Positions 25,357-34,340 of a stretch of DNA of 51,576 nt are shown here, piece by piece. The position numbers and the translations under genes were made by a program. A model generated the notes under the pieces. The model was not told where the DNA came from, searched no databases, and saw only the letters and a program-made list of their open reading frames with translations. The DNA is from a virus (lineage: Duplodnaviria; Caudoviricetes). The stretch covers positions 1-51,576 of the IMG/VR virus record IMGVR_UViG_3300038330_000010, one strand, 5' to 3'. The first letter of the stretch is position 1. Each line of letters begins with the position of its first letter.

Positions 25357-25608
25357 CTAATTGCCAATATTCAATGCCACCCCGGCGATGGCAGCAACCA
25401 GGATGAACAGGGATATGATAGTGGTAATGGCATACCGACGGATGTTCTTCTGAGTTTCCTTCCACATAGAAAACTCGGTCTTGGTAATGACCTCTGTATC
25501 CAGACGGGTCTCGATGTGATCCATCTTCTGGAATAGATCCTTGACATCTCGACGTACCTCCAGCAAGAGGTCCCGGAAAGACATTCCTGCAGGGTCAGTG
25601 TCAGTCAC
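25357..25608 (-). CDS. Coiled-coil plus C-terminal TM protein (lysis accessory)
   Basis: Coiled coil then one TM helix; next to the holin. Confidence 0.65.
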   Translation of the reverse strand: MTDTDPAGMSFRDLLLEVRRDVKDLFQKMDHIETRLDTEVITKTEFSMWKETQKNIRRYAITTIISLFILVAAIAGVALNIGN

Positions 25609-27488
25609 TACCGTACCTCACGAATCACCGCTAAGGCATGACCACCGAAACCGAACTGTTGGTCTGGCGGTGTGTAGGCCTTGAATCGCAGGTCCTCCAT
25701 GACACACTCAATTGGTTCGGTTGAGTTCAGCTTAATGAATCCGAAGTCCCTACCAGTGCGATAGATGTCTTCCAGGTGATTGAGTAGTTCAGTGGCTAGG
25801 CCGTTGCCCCCCACCTCACCACCGTCTAGCGTGATCATGGTGTCGTAGATCATCATAGGCACAAGGTACCTGAACTTACCCGTAGCTCTAGGCTCCGAGC
25901 GAAGTCTCCAGTCTTGCAACACCGGGCCCTGAGTGACATCAGTGTGCCTGTGGAGGATGATGTTGATCCCAAACTTAGTACCTTCCAGAGTTAGGACCTC
26001 TTCGTGGTACCCACCTACCGGATTCTCTGAGGTATAAATGGCGAAGGTGCCACCATCAAGAGCCACCTCCAGTGACCATTTACCACCACCAGTCACAAGG
26101 ATATCAAAGAACCTAACGACCTTGCGTTCTGTGGTACTGAACCGTATGTCTAGGTTCTTCATGTTGCCCTGAGCCACCAACTGGGTAAGGTGTTCCTTGA
26201 CAATGCGGCTAGTGGTACCTTCGTCCACTACGAAGAACAGCCTGTTCTGGAAGGAGGTGACTTCCTTGACTGTACCCTGGCTGGTGAACATCAAGTCCGA
26301 TGCATATGCCAGGGTCCCAAGATCAACTCTGCCCAGGCCAGAACTAACACCATCGAAGGTGGTCCAACCAAACCACCCATACTCTAGCTGCGGCTCGAGA
26401 GCCAACACAGGCTGCGGGGTCTTGGCAATGAGGGCTGAGACTGATAGGTCACCCTCCCCCGTAACGACCGAAGCTATACGTATGCCCTTAGAGGTACCGA
26501 TAAGAACCTGTTGTCCTATGTATCCCTTGATGGTGTGAATTATCTCCCCCTCTGGTGCTTGCCATACAGAGCGCAGGGCGCCCAGGGTTGCCACAGAAGC
26601 GAATGGAATGTCTTGCTCGGTCAGTCTTGCTGCAAATATCTCCGAACGCTCTCCGGCATGCCCCGAGAAGTATACGGCATTGCTGGATTCGGTGATCCCA
26701 GTCCAGACCCACGTTGTAGCTGGGTCAGTGTAGAAGGGATCGGGTGGAGTAGTGACGGCAAGGTTATACTCAAACAGTTGGTGGTTCTTCCCACCCAGTA
26801 GGCGACCCTTGACAAAGGCGATGATGTCCACGTCCGTGTGAGTGTTGACCAACACAGTGGCAGCGAACGTGGATATGACAATCTTCCTGATCCCAATAGA
26901 CCCACCAGAATAAGCGGCATACAGGGACTCACCATCTGAGGTGATGGAGTTAATCAAGGTACCGCTGTGGGTCGAGACCACAGTTTCTCCGCCAGTCTCG
27001 GGATCTGTGTCCTTGACTAGGTTACCATTCCTGGTATATAGAAACGCTGACGGTGTACCCAGTATGTGGTGGTCGTCGAAGTTATCGTTGCGGTACTCGG
27101 TGACGTCCTTGAGTAGGCGAAGCTCACCTTTCTCCCAGGGACTTACGCCTTTGCTCTCGGTGAACTTGAACCGGGACGAGAAGGCAGAGTCAAAGACCTT
27201 CTGCCCAGCGCCCTCATGCCATGAGTGTTGAGCCCTAGCCCACCAGGCCGCAAGTGTCTGTTCCCCCGGTTCTGCCTCGTCGTCAATTCGTGGCTTCTGT
27301 ACCGGGATGGACTGCACCTCATAGGAACGGAACTCAAAGGGGGCCTCTTGATCTAGGGTGTCGAGCAGAAAACCAAGCCCATCAATGCCGAAGTTCCAGC
27401 GTGAGCCAATGTCCTCTCCACCTTGGAGAAGGGCAACTGTCCGAGAGAGTATCTCTGGCAGTTCTGCTGGTAGCTCCGGCAAAGGCAT
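25608..27488 (-). CDS. Tail nozzle/tubular protein B-like beta-propeller
   Basis: 626 aa, beta-rich, WHEGAGQ motif, positioned after the adaptor and fibre genes. Confidence 0.65.
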   Translation of the reverse strand: MPLPELPAELPEILSRTVALLQGGEDIGSRWNFGIDGLGFLLDTLDQEAPFEFRSYEVQSIPVQKPRIDDEAEPGEQTLAAWWARAQHSWHEGAGQKVFDSAFSSRFKFTESKGVSPWEKGELRLLKDVTEYRNDNFDDHHILGTPSAFLYTRNGNLVKDTDPETGGETVVSTHSGTLINSITSDGESLYAAYSGGSIGIRKIVISTFAATVLVNTHTDVDIIAFVKGRLLGGKNHQLFEYNLAVTTPPDPFYTDPATTWVWTGITESSNAVYFSGHAGERSEIFAARLTEQDIPFASVATLGALRSVWQAPEGEIIHTIKGYIGQQVLIGTSKGIRIASVVTGEGDLSVSALIAKTPQPVLALEPQLEYGWFGWTTFDGVSSGLGRVDLGTLAYASDLMFTSQGTVKEVTSFQNRLFFVVDEGTTSRIVKEHLTQLVAQGNMKNLDIRFSTTERKVVRFFDILVTGGGKWSLEVALDGGTFAIYTSENPVGGYHEEVLTLEGTKFGINIILHRHTDVTQGPVLQDWRLRSEPRATGKFRYLVPMMIYDTMITLDGGEVGGNGLATELLNHLEDIYRTGRDFGFIKLNSTEPIECVMEDLRFKAYTPPDQQFGFGGHALAVIREVR

Positions 27489-28582
27489 TAGGCAGGTCCA
27501 ACGTCCTCTATATATGCATATCCACCCTGGATAAACATTGTACCAGTAAGAGTCAGGGTTTGGATACTCACCTCGAACTCAAAGGTTCCAGTGTCATGGT
27601 CGAATTCCACCGCCAGGAAAACCGAATCAGAGATATTACCATGTTCGCCGTCAACGGAGAAGTTACCGCCACTACCCTTAAAGTTGTTGACCCCCGCCGA
27701 TGAAATGGAAACTCCATCCAAGAGGAGGAAATAACCCCCTGCCACGAAGTTACTAGCGCCACTAGCGATTTGTGCCAGCATAATAACGGTCAGAATATAC
27801 CTTCTACCAGCCACCAAATCCACAGACATGGACATATTGGCAACTGTCTCGATGCCAGTGGAGGTGATCTGTTGAGCCCCACCGGTTTTCTGCATAGATC
27901 CCTTAAACCCCCAAGGCAACGCCGCAATCTGATCGGCTCCGCCGGGCGCATGGCGAGAGTCATGGTTATCGAACTCAGTGTTGGTTGCATACTGAGGATG
28001 ATCGTCATCCGACAGCCCAGTAAGCACACCGTGGTCTATGGTGCCAGCCTGAGATGTGCTAACGTGGGTATGCTCTGGGACCTCAGCAGCAATACCACCT
28101 GATGCTTTTTCCTTCAGGTATTGAGTATGGTCGTCGTCTGTCAGTCCAGACAATCCAGTACCGTGGTCTAGTTGTCCAGTATGAGAGGCAAGGGAGTGAG
28201 ACTGAGGATGATGATCGTCTGCCGATACACCTGATAGGTTGTCATGGCTGATCTGTGCGGTGTCGTCTGTGCCTGGTACATGGATGTGAGTCCATACCAG
28301 ATCATGGTCTTCCTTAGTGAGAACGTGCCTGATAGGCGCAGCAGCATTATGGGCAACCGCAGATGTACCGCCAAAGCCTCGTGTTAGTGAGGAGAACGTG
28401 ACACCGGACTTAGCGCCTACCAGAATGAGTTCCTCAGTACCCGTACCGGGGTCAATAACTAGAAGGAAGGGAGCTATGGGCCAACCAGTGGCGGAGACAA
28501 CATCCAGTGTTGTGACAGCACCGTTGATACCAGTGGCTAGGGTCGTGTCAACCGCAATGTTGGAATAGTTTCTACGAGCCAT
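27488..28582 (-). CDS. Tail fibre protein
   Basis: N-terminal RG.GGT.A.AH module, His-rich DHG.L.GL.DDDH.QY repeats, beta-rich C-terminal tip. Confidence 0.75.
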   Translation of the reverse strand: MARRNYSNIAVDTTLATGINGAVTTLDVVSATGWPIAPFLLVIDPGTGTEELILVGAKSGVTFSSLTRGFGGTSAVAHNAAAPIRHVLTKEDHDLVWTHIHVPGTDDTAQISHDNLSGVSADDHHPQSHSLASHTGQLDHGTGLSGLTDDDHTQYLKEKASGGIAAEVPEHTHVSTSQAGTIDHGVLTGLSDDDHPQYATNTEFDNHDSRHAPGGADQIAALPWGFKGSMQKTGGAQQITSTGIETVANMSMSVDLVAGRRYILTVIMLAQIASGASNFVAGGYFLLLDGVSISSAGVNNFKGSGGNFSVDGEHGNISDSVFLAVEFDHDTGTFEFEVSIQTLTLTGTMFIQGGYAYIEDVGPA

Positions 28583-29462
28583 AGCCGCTCATTACCACCC
28601 TTCGGTTCTCATCCATCAGTGTCTTACGGGCCGTCAATACACGGTCCTCGTATCGAGCCTGATACCACTCACCAGTACGGAGAGCAAGGAATGGCGGCAC
28701 ATCTTGGGCTCGCTGGTGATTCTGAGCAGCCTTGATCTGGCTACGGGTTCTTTCCTCGTCTACCATAATTCGGTTCATGGCAAAGTAGTAGAGCAGGTCA
28801 GCCATGTACGGCTGTATGCCAGCGACAATCTCCAGGTCCTCAGACTCGTCGGTGATCTGACCAAACCTTTTGGTATATACCACTCGGAACCTAGACCCAG
28901 CAGGCATGGCCTTCTTGAACATGATCGCCTTGCCCGTTGGGAACTCGGCGAGTGGAGCATTGTCCATCTTGTAGTAGTCCGCTATGGGTTTCCAGTGTAG
29001 GGAGAAGTCGTCGTCCTCTCCATCAACCCTCAGGATACGCATGGCAGTGGCATCTAGCCCATAGCCTATGTGTTGGGAGTTGTAGGTAATATCCTGAGTA
29101 CCTACAGCAAACAGATCCCTACCATACATATCATCCAGACAGTCATTGAGTAAGTCCAAGACATCTGCACGGTAGAGTCTCGGAGCTAGGAAGATAGGCG
29201 ACTGGTCAGCATGGTCGGCTGCTGTGGTGTCTAACCATCCCCGCACCACAGTAGCATCGGTCCCTCCTGTGTCGACCTCTAGGACCAGCATTGTCTCTGT
29301 GCCTATCTCCACTCGCTGTCCGGCATTCCAGCCACCTGACAACCCACGGAAACTGATTGTGGTATCAGCAGACAGAATCGACCCCATCAAAACGTCAGGC
29401 TGAGCGTTCTTGCGGAACCCCTTGACAGCCCGATCAATAACAGATGAGGCCAGTGTGACCAT
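28572..29462 (-). CDS. Head-tail adaptor/tubular protein A-like
   Basis: Position after the MCP; helical LLNDCL and LLYYFA segments with an inserted RG..DT.AADH module. Confidence 0.6.
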   Translation of the reverse strand: MVTLASSVIDRAVKGFRKNAQPDVLMGSILSADTTISFRGLSGGWNAGQRVEIGTETMLVLEVDTGGTDATVVRGWLDTTAADHADQSPIFLAPRLYRADVLDLLNDCLDDMYGRDLFAVGTQDITYNSQHIGYGLDATAMRILRVDGEDDDFSLHWKPIADYYKMDNAPLAEFPTGKAIMFKKAMPAGSRFRVVYTKRFGQITDESEDLEIVAGIQPYMADLLYYFAMNRIMVDEERTRSQIKAAQNHQRAQDVPPFLALRTGEWYQARYEDRVLTARKTLMDENRRVVMSGYGS

Positions 29463-29890
29463 TAGCTGGTGATAGTCCCCACCTGAACACTACCTTCAGC
29501 AACGCCGGGTTGGTTGGTGATGTCGGTGTTGACGGTCGGATCCTCATTAGGACGCATACGTCCTGTATAGAGGTCAGTGGTAGGATTGGGAGTGGACAGA
29601 TCCTCAGGGTCTGGGTCCACTAGTATCGGGTCGCCTTCCGCTTGCGTGATTTCGAGTTGGCCATCGTGGTTGAGGATTTCTTCGACGGGGTCGATTTCCT
29701 CGGCCGCTTCGTCGGTCGTTTCGTTCTGGGCATCAGGTTCTAGATCCTCCCAGTTTTCTCGGGCAAACTTCTGAAGGTCAGCCTTAGTAGCCTCAGTGAG
29801 AGAGCCATCCTCATCCTCGAATACCTCAAGAATAGCTGCCCTCAATTCTTCTACTGGCTGGTTGAGGAATTCTGTCTTGGTCATTACCAC
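29462..29890 (-). CDS. Acidic protein with HeH/Rho-N-like segment
   Basis: AAAGGAG RBS; ATKADLQKFAR. Confidence 0.6.
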   Translation of the reverse strand: MVMTKTEFLNQPVEELRAAILEVFEDEDGSLTEATKADLQKFARENWEDLEPDAQNETTDEAAEEIDPVEEILNHDGQLEITQAEGDPILVDPDPEDLSTPNPTTDLYTGRMRPNEDPTVNTDITNQPGVAEGSVQVGTITS

Positions 29891-29910
29891 TCCTTTCGCC
29901 GCCCAATATA

Positions 29911-29942
29911 GCAGAAAGAGGAGCCGAAGCTCCCCTTCCTGC
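29911..29942 (-). terminator. cUUCGg hairpin after the MCP gene
   Basis: - strand GCAGGAAGGGGAGC-TTCG-GCTCCTCTTTCTGC. Confidence 0.75.
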
Positions 29943-29960
29943 CGTGTCGTACCTGTCGGG

Positions 29961-31070
29961 TTACGTCAAGGCCGTGAACTTGAAGTGAGCCTTCTGGTTA
30001 CGAACCTTCATGGTCGCCTCTGCGATCAATTCCCACTGCTGCCTGTCTCCAGTCTTGGCAAGCGGCTCGACGAAGAATGGGTCAAACCACACAATGTCGA
30101 TATACTGCTTCTCCAAGCCGAAGGCAAACCTGGTGGGGATCCACCGGTTGAGGACCATATAGATCCGACCGAAGTCGGAATCGTACCAGTCAACCACTGA
30201 CCCACGGACGTTGTCGTCCCTAGCGAGGACCACAGCAGAGGAACCAAATGCGGAAATCTTCCGCTTCTGAGTTCCACCCACCGCGAGAAGGTCGACCATC
30301 CCACCACGATCAAAGGAGTTCTGAAGCTGATCGGTCAGCAACGCCTCTGTGATTGTGGTAGTAGTGGAATCGACACCGGTCACGATGTAGTGATCCAGAC
30401 CACCATGGGAACGCCGACGGTTGGCCGTCTCGTTCTCCAGAGTACCGAGGATGAGGTTCCTCTCAAACTTGATTGCGTTCTCCTTGAGCCGCTTTCCAAT
30501 TTGATAGGCTGCTTCATCCCGCACCCCGTAGACCTGCTGCTTCTGCGCCGTACGTGTGACTTCAACCTCGTCCTGATAAATCTGGGTGTTGTTGAAGGGG
30601 ATCACACGCTGGAAGTTGATACCCGAAACCGGGTTGTCTCCCTCCTGGGGCAGGTTCCCAAGGATCAGCACCGTCGCATTGTCCGCATGAGCAACGCCTG
30701 CGGGAGTACCCCAGGACCGCTGTACGGTCAATGTGTTGGTGGCAATAGACACGACCCGCATGAACTCGTCGTCCACACGAATCAGATCGTTAGCCTTGAA
30801 GAACGCACCGTTGTCTACAATCACAGAGGTACCCACGCCATCAGCGAGAGCGCCATTGAGCTGGTCTGCGCCGGGGACAAGTTCGTCCTCGACCCATTCC
30901 ACCTTCACCTGTGTGGTGGTATCACGCCCAAGAACGGAACCACGATCTTTCCCGTAAGTCCCCAGGAAGGGAACCTCGAAAGGAGAAATCATGTAAATGG
31001 CATCTTCGATGTCCAGCTTAACGCCGACGTTTGACTCGTAAGTCCCTCGCCGACCAGTCTGTACGGCCAT
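29961..31070 (-). CDS. Major capsid protein (DUF5309/SU10-like) with inserted beta domain
   Basis: PFL...EWVEDEL...EG...NNTQIY...RRSHGGL...LAKTGD...E.T; follows the scaffold gene and precedes a terminator. Confidence 0.88.
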   Translation of the reverse strand: MAVQTGRRGTYESNVGVKLDIEDAIYMISPFEVPFLGTYGKDRGSVLGRDTTTQVKVEWVEDELVPGADQLNGALADGVGTSVIVDNGAFFKANDLIRVDDEFMRVVSIATNTLTVQRSWGTPAGVAHADNATVLILGNLPQEGDNPVSGINFQRVIPFNNTQIYQDEVEVTRTAQKQQVYGVRDEAAYQIGKRLKENAIKFERNLILGTLENETANRRRSHGGLDHYIVTGVDSTTTTITEALLTDQLQNSFDRGGMVDLLAVGGTQKRKISAFGSSAVVLARDDNVRGSVVDWYDSDFGRIYMVLNRWIPTRFAFGLEKQYIDIVWFDPFFVEPLAKTGDRQQWELIAEATMKVRNQKAHFKFTALT

Positions 31071-31079
31071 TACCTGTCC

Positions 31080-31364
31080 TTAGTTAGTGCCTCGGACACT
31101 CCGCTCGTAATGCCTTGGGTTGAACGACTCCTTGAGATGGACAGGGGATGATTCCTTGTCGAGATAGGGTATACCTCTCTCGTCTTTCCTTATCCCCTTC
31201 TCAAAGGAATTGTTCGGCACTCTCGGCGGAATGCTATTACGGGACGTGGGGTTGGCTGCTGGTGAAATCTGAATGGAGCGTAGAGCTTCCAAGTCCACAC
31301 GGTCGCACTTTCGGCACCAGTTACCCCGGCGTCGTTTGGCTCCACAGTGTGGACAGGTAATCAC
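31080..31364 (-). CDS. Small basic Cys protein
   Basis: CPHC...CRKC; GTGA overlap with the scaffold gene. Confidence 0.6.
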   Translation of the reverse strand: MITCPHCGAKRRRGNWCRKCDRVDLEALRSIQISPAANPTSRNSIPPRVPNNSFEKGIRKDERGIPYLDKESSPVHLKESFNPRHYERSVRGTN

Positions 31365-31966
31365 TCTCCGCCTTCCTCCAGTTGGGCATCAATGAGCGCG
31401 GCAATGCCAGCTCCCATGGCACGATCATCTGCCTTACCGGCCTTCTTGGCCTCGGCAAATGCCTCCTGCATGATTTCATGCCTGTCTGTTTCTTCACCTG
31501 AGCCTGCCGGCTCTCCACCGCTAGAAGATGCACCAGCGCCAACCGATTCCATATTGGCTTTGCGCTCGTCGGCTTGCTTCTTCACAGTTTCCATAGCCTG
31601 GTCAAACTCCTCCACGTTGTCGAAGCCAGCGGCCTGAGCGGTCGCTAGTCTTCCTGCCTGAACCTCGTCGAGCTTGGATTTCGCCTTTAGCTGGACACTC
31701 TCCAGGGTAAGGTCGTCGGGGTCGAACTCGCCAAGTGACTCAGCCGTGAGTCCTGAGGCCTTGAGTTCGTCATCCAGCTGGTCGAAAAGGTCTGCGAACT
31801 TCGCCTTGCGTATCAACGGGAGATTGGCCTCCAGCTTCGCCTGATAAGATTCGGCATTCTCTGCCTTCTCTCTCAGAGCGGAACCAGAGAACTCAGTCCC
31901 CAACGCATCCAACGCAGCCGCATCGCCATCTCTTGCCTGCTGGAGTAGGTCCTCGAAACGTCCCAT
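31361..31966 (-). CDS. Capsid scaffolding protein
   Basis: Acidic, helical, upstream of the MCP. Confidence 0.7.
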   Translation of the reverse strand: MGRFEDLLQQARDGDAAALDALGTEFSGSALREKAENAESYQAKLEANLPLIRKAKFADLFDQLDDELKASGLTAESLGEFDPDDLTLESVQLKAKSKLDEVQAGRLATAQAAGFDNVEEFDQAMETVKKQADERKANMESVGAGASSSGGEPAGSGEETDRHEIMQEAFAEAKKAGKADDRAMGAGIAALIDAQLEEGGE

Positions 31967-32058
31967 TCTTCCTTCTCCCTTCTACGCTCTCAGGACGGGA
32001 ATTCCCTGAGAGGGCAATACGCTCCTTTAAGGTAGGAGGTTACCTAAGGGAGAGAGTA

Positions 32059-32922
32059 TCAGACCGACTGGTCCCGGTCAACTAGTTCGCCTAGCCCACC
32101 TTCTCGGGTGGTGTTAGTGGCACCAGCACCCTGGAATTGGGCCAGAGCTTGGCCGAACAGGCGGGCTCGACGTTCACCAACTTTCGGGTCCTCGTGGAAG
32201 AAGAACTCCTCTAGCTCCTGCTGACTGAGTGGCGCCGTGTTGTGTATCTGTGCGAGTCGAGAAAAGACCGGGAGCTCCCTGGCGACATCTGCGAAGCCCT
32301 CTTTCGCAAGGTCAGCAGTGACCCCCTCTTTGCGGAGTATCTCAGCACGGGTCCTACTGATATTGAGCCCGAACCTGAACGCTTCACCGCCCACTTGTGC
32401 GGCCGCGATCTGATCCTCAATGATGTCCATACCCATTTGCTGGTCAAGGAAGTAGACGGTGAGAGCATCCTCACTGACAGGCCCACCGTAGAAGGTGTTG
32501 AACGCATCCTGCACGAAGTCAGAGGCATCACGGGCCAGAGCTACACCCCTGTCCAGGCGTCGGTTAATTTCGGCCACAGACACGTTCTTGCCGATACGCT
32601 CCGCAGCCCAACTACGGAATGCCTCAGGATCGGTGAAGCCTAGCGTACCAAGAACGTTGAACTCCCGAAGCTGGTCATAGTAGCCTGACTCTGTGGCTAG
32701 ATACTCAGCCTCGGAGATAGCTGGCATGCCATTAGCTTGGCGAGTAGCCATACCCTTGAACCGCTTCTTGTATTCGGTAGAGTCTCGAACCTTCTGGACT
32801 ATGACATCAGGTGGCTCGTCTAGCTGTATGCCATCCACAAGGATCTGGTAGATTTGTGGGCCCAACATCTGAAGCCAGGGGAATTGAGCAAGGACTGTCT
32901 CGACGGCGTTGAAGGCAGGCAT
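32059..32922 (-). CDS. Putative internal virion (ejection) protein
   Basis: YKKRFKG...SEAEYLATE..Y; lies in the ejection-protein cluster. Confidence 0.6.
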   Translation of the reverse strand: MPAFNAVETVLAQFPWLQMLGPQIYQILVDGIQLDEPPDVIVQKVRDSTEYKKRFKGMATRQANGMPAISEAEYLATESGYYDQLREFNVLGTLGFTDPEAFRSWAAERIGKNVSVAEINRRLDRGVALARDASDFVQDAFNTFYGGPVSEDALTVYFLDQQMGMDIIEDQIAAAQVGGEAFRFGLNISRTRAEILRKEGVTADLAKEGFADVARELPVFSRLAQIHNTAPLSQQELEEFFFHEDPKVGERRARLFGQALAQFQGAGATNTTREGGLGELVDRDQSV

Positions 32923-34340
32923 TAGGTGATGAACCCAAACCTTCTACCCATGTCAGCAGCCGCGCCTGCTAGACCTTCGTACATCTTCTGGGTGGAAAGG
33001 AATCGCTTGTCTTTGCGGATCATAGCGTTCAGGTCCACACCAGTCAGGTCTGATCTGAGGATTGAACCCAGCAGTGGATCAGTATCCATGACAGACCCGA
33101 GTTCCAATGTGTCCCCAATCTCTGCCTTGAACGGTGCAGCCCAGTCTTCCCAACTCACATTAGGATCCTTGTATGCCCAGCGGGCCTGACTCAGGGTCTT
33201 AAGATGGGCCTCTAGATCCGCTTCACTAGCATCACCTGTGGCCAAGTTCTTACCCCAACTGGCAGCAAAGTTAGCAGGTAGAGCTCCGGGTCCAACCCAA
33301 GCAAGATACTGGTCATTGGCAAACTTGGTCATGTTCTCGATCTGGTTCTGTGGCGAGTTAGCTGCCTGCTGCTCTGCAAACCTGCGAGCATGCTCGGGAG
33401 TACCTGTCTGGCCTCCGGCAGCACTGGCTTGACCGTATGCCCAGCTATCAAAGGTCGTTACACCTGAAGCAATTTGCTCCGCTATTCCTGCCGAGTACCC
33501 GACTGGCATTTCCGCACCGAACAGTCTACGGTACTCCTGCTTCATTTTGGTATCGGTCTCGGCGATTCTCTGGTTACGTTCCGCCTGAGATAGACCGGCC
33601 CACTGCCTCTGCTGATCTGTGGAGTTCTGGTAGTAGCTAGTCTTGCGGTATTCAACCTGGAACTGGTCAGGAGACCAAGTCTCAAAGAATGCCTGCCTCA
33701 TAAGCCTACGGATATCTGGATCACTGAACCCAGGCACATGACCGAACTGAGCTTCAATCCGTGAATCAAGGTCTTCCCAAGGCGTCTCTGCCTTTAGGTC
33801 AATCTCTCGGACGTCCCCCCAATAGTTGTTCCCAAACCTATCCTCGAACTGACCAACGTTAGAGAAGGTGAAGTTTGGTACGTAGCCAGCGCCAAAGATA
33901 TTCTGGGCAGTAGCCGCATCCATAGAATACCATGCATGACCCAGCCCATCGCCTAAATCCCAGACTACCCGAAAAGCCCCACCCACTTGTACCAGCTTGG
34001 AGTTGCGAGGAATGGATTGTGCGTTCTGACCACCATACTGGGCATTGAACGCACCAGCGGCTGTAGTAATCAGGTGGTTCATATCGCCAGAACCAAAAGG
34101 AATGGTAGAGTAGTATCCAGAATTGGAATCTGCCGACATTCCCCCCTCTGCCTGAAGCATGGAGAAGAACTGGTTTTGGATTTCTATAGGCTTGTTCTTG
34201 ACATTCTGGATGGCAATGCTCAAGGCATGGGCATATGCATTGGGATCTTGAGCAGCCTGACCCGAGGAGTAGTAGTTAGGATCACTACTTGGAATAAGAC
34301 CTTGAGCATTGACCCAGTTCCAGAAGGCAGCACTAGCCAT
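32922..34340 (-). CDS. Putative internal virion protein
   Basis: 472 aa with a duplicated N-terminal segment; cluster context. Confidence 0.6.
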   Translation of the reverse strand: MASAAFWNWVNAQGLIPSSDPNYYSSGQAAQDPNAYAHALSIAIQNVKNKPIEIQNQFFSMLQAEGGMSADSNSGYYSTIPFGSGDMNHLITTAAGAFNAQYGGQNAQSIPRNSKLVQVGGAFRVVWDLGDGLGHAWYSMDAATAQNIFGAGYVPNFTFSNVGQFEDRFGNNYWGDVREIDLKAETPWEDLDSRIEAQFGHVPGFSDPDIRRLMRQAFFETWSPDQFQVEYRKTSYYQNSTDQQRQWAGLSQAERNQRIAETDTKMKQEYRRLFGAEMPVGYSAGIAEQIASGVTTFDSWAYGQASAAGGQTGTPEHARRFAEQQAANSPQNQIENMTKFANDQYLAWVGPGALPANFAASWGKNLATGDASEADLEAHLKTLSQARWAYKDPNVSWEDWAAPFKAEIGDTLELGSVMDTDPLLGSILRSDLTGVDLNAMIRKDKRFLSTQKMYEGLAGAAADMGRRFGFIT

